Program-made: the position numbers and the translations under genes
In this document: piece after piece, positions 61,901 to 64,000 of the stretch
Position numbering within the stretch: the stretch's first letter is position 1
Layout: every line of letters starts with the position of its first letter
The notes under the pieces: generated by a model
Database searches by the model: none
Seen by the model: the letters and a program-made list of their open reading frames with translations, nothing else
Told to the model about the DNA's origin: nothing
DNA from: Balanoglossus misakiensis
Taxonomy: Eukaryota; Animalia; Hemichordata
DNA length: 64,000 nucleotides
Direction of reading: 5' to 3'
Assembly: GCA_040954595.2 (NCBI GenBank)
Contig: CM082580.2
Location: 5,570,783-5,634,782, forward strand

Positions 61901-64000
61901 AAGTGGATGCCACGGCGGAATCGGCAGTCGCATCCAAGTTCGGTGTCACAGGCTATCCCACCATGAAGATATTCCGCAAAGGCAAAGATTATGAATACAG
62001 TGGCCCAAGAGATGAGCACGGTAAGCTGTCTGGAGAATTCAGCAGTTTTATATTAGAAAGATCAGCCATTTTACCAGAATACACATCCATTCTTAAAAAC
62101 TGAATCAGTTTTAGGTTGATTATGGTAGATTTTGAGTAATGCTGTAAATGCTGGCGTTATATGAATACCTACAGAGACCGGTAGCTTGCAAAACCAAAGT
62201 GACCGTTTTCTCACAGAGGTTTTGGATACTTCTCCCCCAGGTATCATTAATTACATGAAGAGCCAGGCCGGCGATAGCTCAAAGTTACTGCAAGACAAGA
62301 AATCTGTGAAGAATTTCCTCAGTGATGAATCGGATATTGCCATTCTTGGGTTCTTTGAAACTGCCGAAGATAAACTTTACAAAAAATACCTCGATGCAGG
62401 TAAGTCCAGTGTACAGTTTGTGTCTGTCAAATGTGCACAGCCTGGTGTGTAGTAGTGAGAACGCAAGCACTCCCACAAGACAAATTCTAAGAAAGCTTAT
62501 TTTTGCTTGTTCATAACAAGTGCGTGTTTGCTGTATTTATATTAAAAGGTAACAGTCTCAGGGATGATTTTAAGTTTGGACACACGTTTGATAAAGACAT
62601 CACAGACTACTACAAGGCAAAGACGGGTTCTGTTGTCATCTTTGTGCCAGAGAGATTCCAGAGTAAATATGAACCAAAGAGACATGTCTTTGACAAGGTG
62701 AGTAGTTCCAGGGTGGTGAATCGAATACCAACGTTTAGTGTTTAAATATCTTGGGCATAAGTAGCCTTATTGAGCACTTGTATTGTTGATGTGAATGTTT
62801 ATGTCGCCGTTGTTCACTCGCAGGCCACAGCCACAGTCAGCCAACTTCAAGACTTCTACAAGGCTCACCAAGTACCTCTGGTCGGACAGAGAACGTCTGA
62901 AAATGAGAAGAAGAGGTACACCAAGAAACCGCTGCTGATTGTCTACTACACGGTGGATTTCAGTTTCGAATACAGGGATGGTAAGACACAGAACAGAATT
63001 ATTTCAACAATAGACAGTAGACAGGAGGTCCCCTTCTTTCTACTGCCTGTGTTTTAACCCTTTCACGGCCATGGTTTGGTCCAAATCCATTGTTCTCTAT
63101 CATAAACAGGACCTCTGCAGAGGAAACTGGGGATTTTAAATGATATCGTATTTGACCACAAATATCAGAAGAAAAGTGTTTTATAAACTTTTTTGAAAGT
63201 CATGGATGCTTATAAAAAGGAATAATTTTTTACTTCTTCACCTTTTAGCAACTCAGATATGGAGACACAAAGTATTGGAAGTAGCCAAGGACTTCACAGA
63301 CATCACATTTGCCATTGCCAATGAGGACGATTTTACAAAAGAGATGGAAGAATTTGGATTGGGTGATAGCGGGGAAGAAATCAGCGTTGGACTTTTCAGC
63401 GAAGATGGCAGGAAGTATAGGATGGAACCTGATGAAGAATTCAGCATTGAGAGTCTGCAAGAATTTGTTGAAAAATTCTTAGATGGTTAGTGTTGTCTGC
63501 AATGACTGTATACCAGTGTCTTGGGATGTATCATGTATATTGTATAAAGTATCTGTTAATGTCTGGCCCCTTATTCTTCAAAGAAGGGTTTTCAATTATA
63601 CAACTGCGAAGATAATCAAAGGAAGAAGTATTGTACATGTTTATTGTGAAGTGAAATGCATGATTTAATGTCATGTGATATTAATTAAATTATTTGGTAG
63701 CTTCCGTGTGAGATTTTTTCCCTCTTTGGCCGGGGTGACTGACTTTGTCCACTTATCTTGATCTTTTCCACAGGTGAACTTGAGCCGGTCATCAAATCAC
63801 AGCCAGTCCCAAAGAAGAACGACGGCCCAGTGAAAGTAGTCGTTGGCAAGACATTTGACAAGATTGTGCTCGACAAGTCGAAGGACGTACTCATAGAGAT
63901 GTACGCACCGTGGTGTGGACACTGCAAGAACTTGGAACCAGTCTACAAGAAACTGGGCAAAATATTCAAGAAAAGCAAAAACCTGGTCATCGCCAAGATT
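58931..64000 (+). CDS. PDIA4: Protein disulfide-isomerase A4 (ERp72), truncated by the window end
   Basis: Signal peptide and acidic N-terminus, then three WCGHC thioredoxin domains in a0-a-b-b'-a' order. Exons 58931-59036, 60371-60503, 60771-60976, 61395-61533, 61815-62020, 62241-62399, 62549-62697, 62824-62980, 63249-63485, 63774->64000. Confidence 0.95.
63054..63140. mobile_element. piggyBac-like MITE copy (PDIA4 intron)
   Basis: TTAA-CCCTTTCAC..ccatggtttggtccaaatccattgttctc; its reverse complement matches the 56331 copy (gagaacaatgga.ttggac..aaccatgg). Confidence 0.65.

Overview
Eukaryotic, intron-rich animal DNA, most likely a marine invertebrate deuterostome (inferred from gene style; not provable here). 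Six protein-coding genes were reconstructed by hand from splice sites. (1) First coding exon of a prostanoid-receptor-like class A GPCR (minus). (2) A Thr-rich mucin-EGF-SEA-EGF-EGF-TM protein (plus). (3) A 34-exon giant membrane protein of about 4071 aa (minus): C-type lectin, 3 CCP/Sushi, 2 F-type lectin domains, a 5-kb single-exon mucin array of 40-aa repeats, EGF, about 14 cadherin repeats, TM and a motif-rich tail. (4) An aldo-keto reductase (minus). (5) CDK5 (minus). (6) PDIA4/ERp72 (plus, runs off the window), head-to-head with CDK5 across a 528-bp spacer containing an ERSE-like element. Non-coding content includes four ~90-bp TTAA/CCCT piggyBac-like MITEs, several hairpin elements, a probable Crypton-like relic whose hairpins share a CACTCG/CTCGTG mismatch, and microsatellites. 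Two GC-AG introns are required by the gene models. The most notable item is the lectin-mucin-cadherin chimera, convergent with a second membrane mucin gene.
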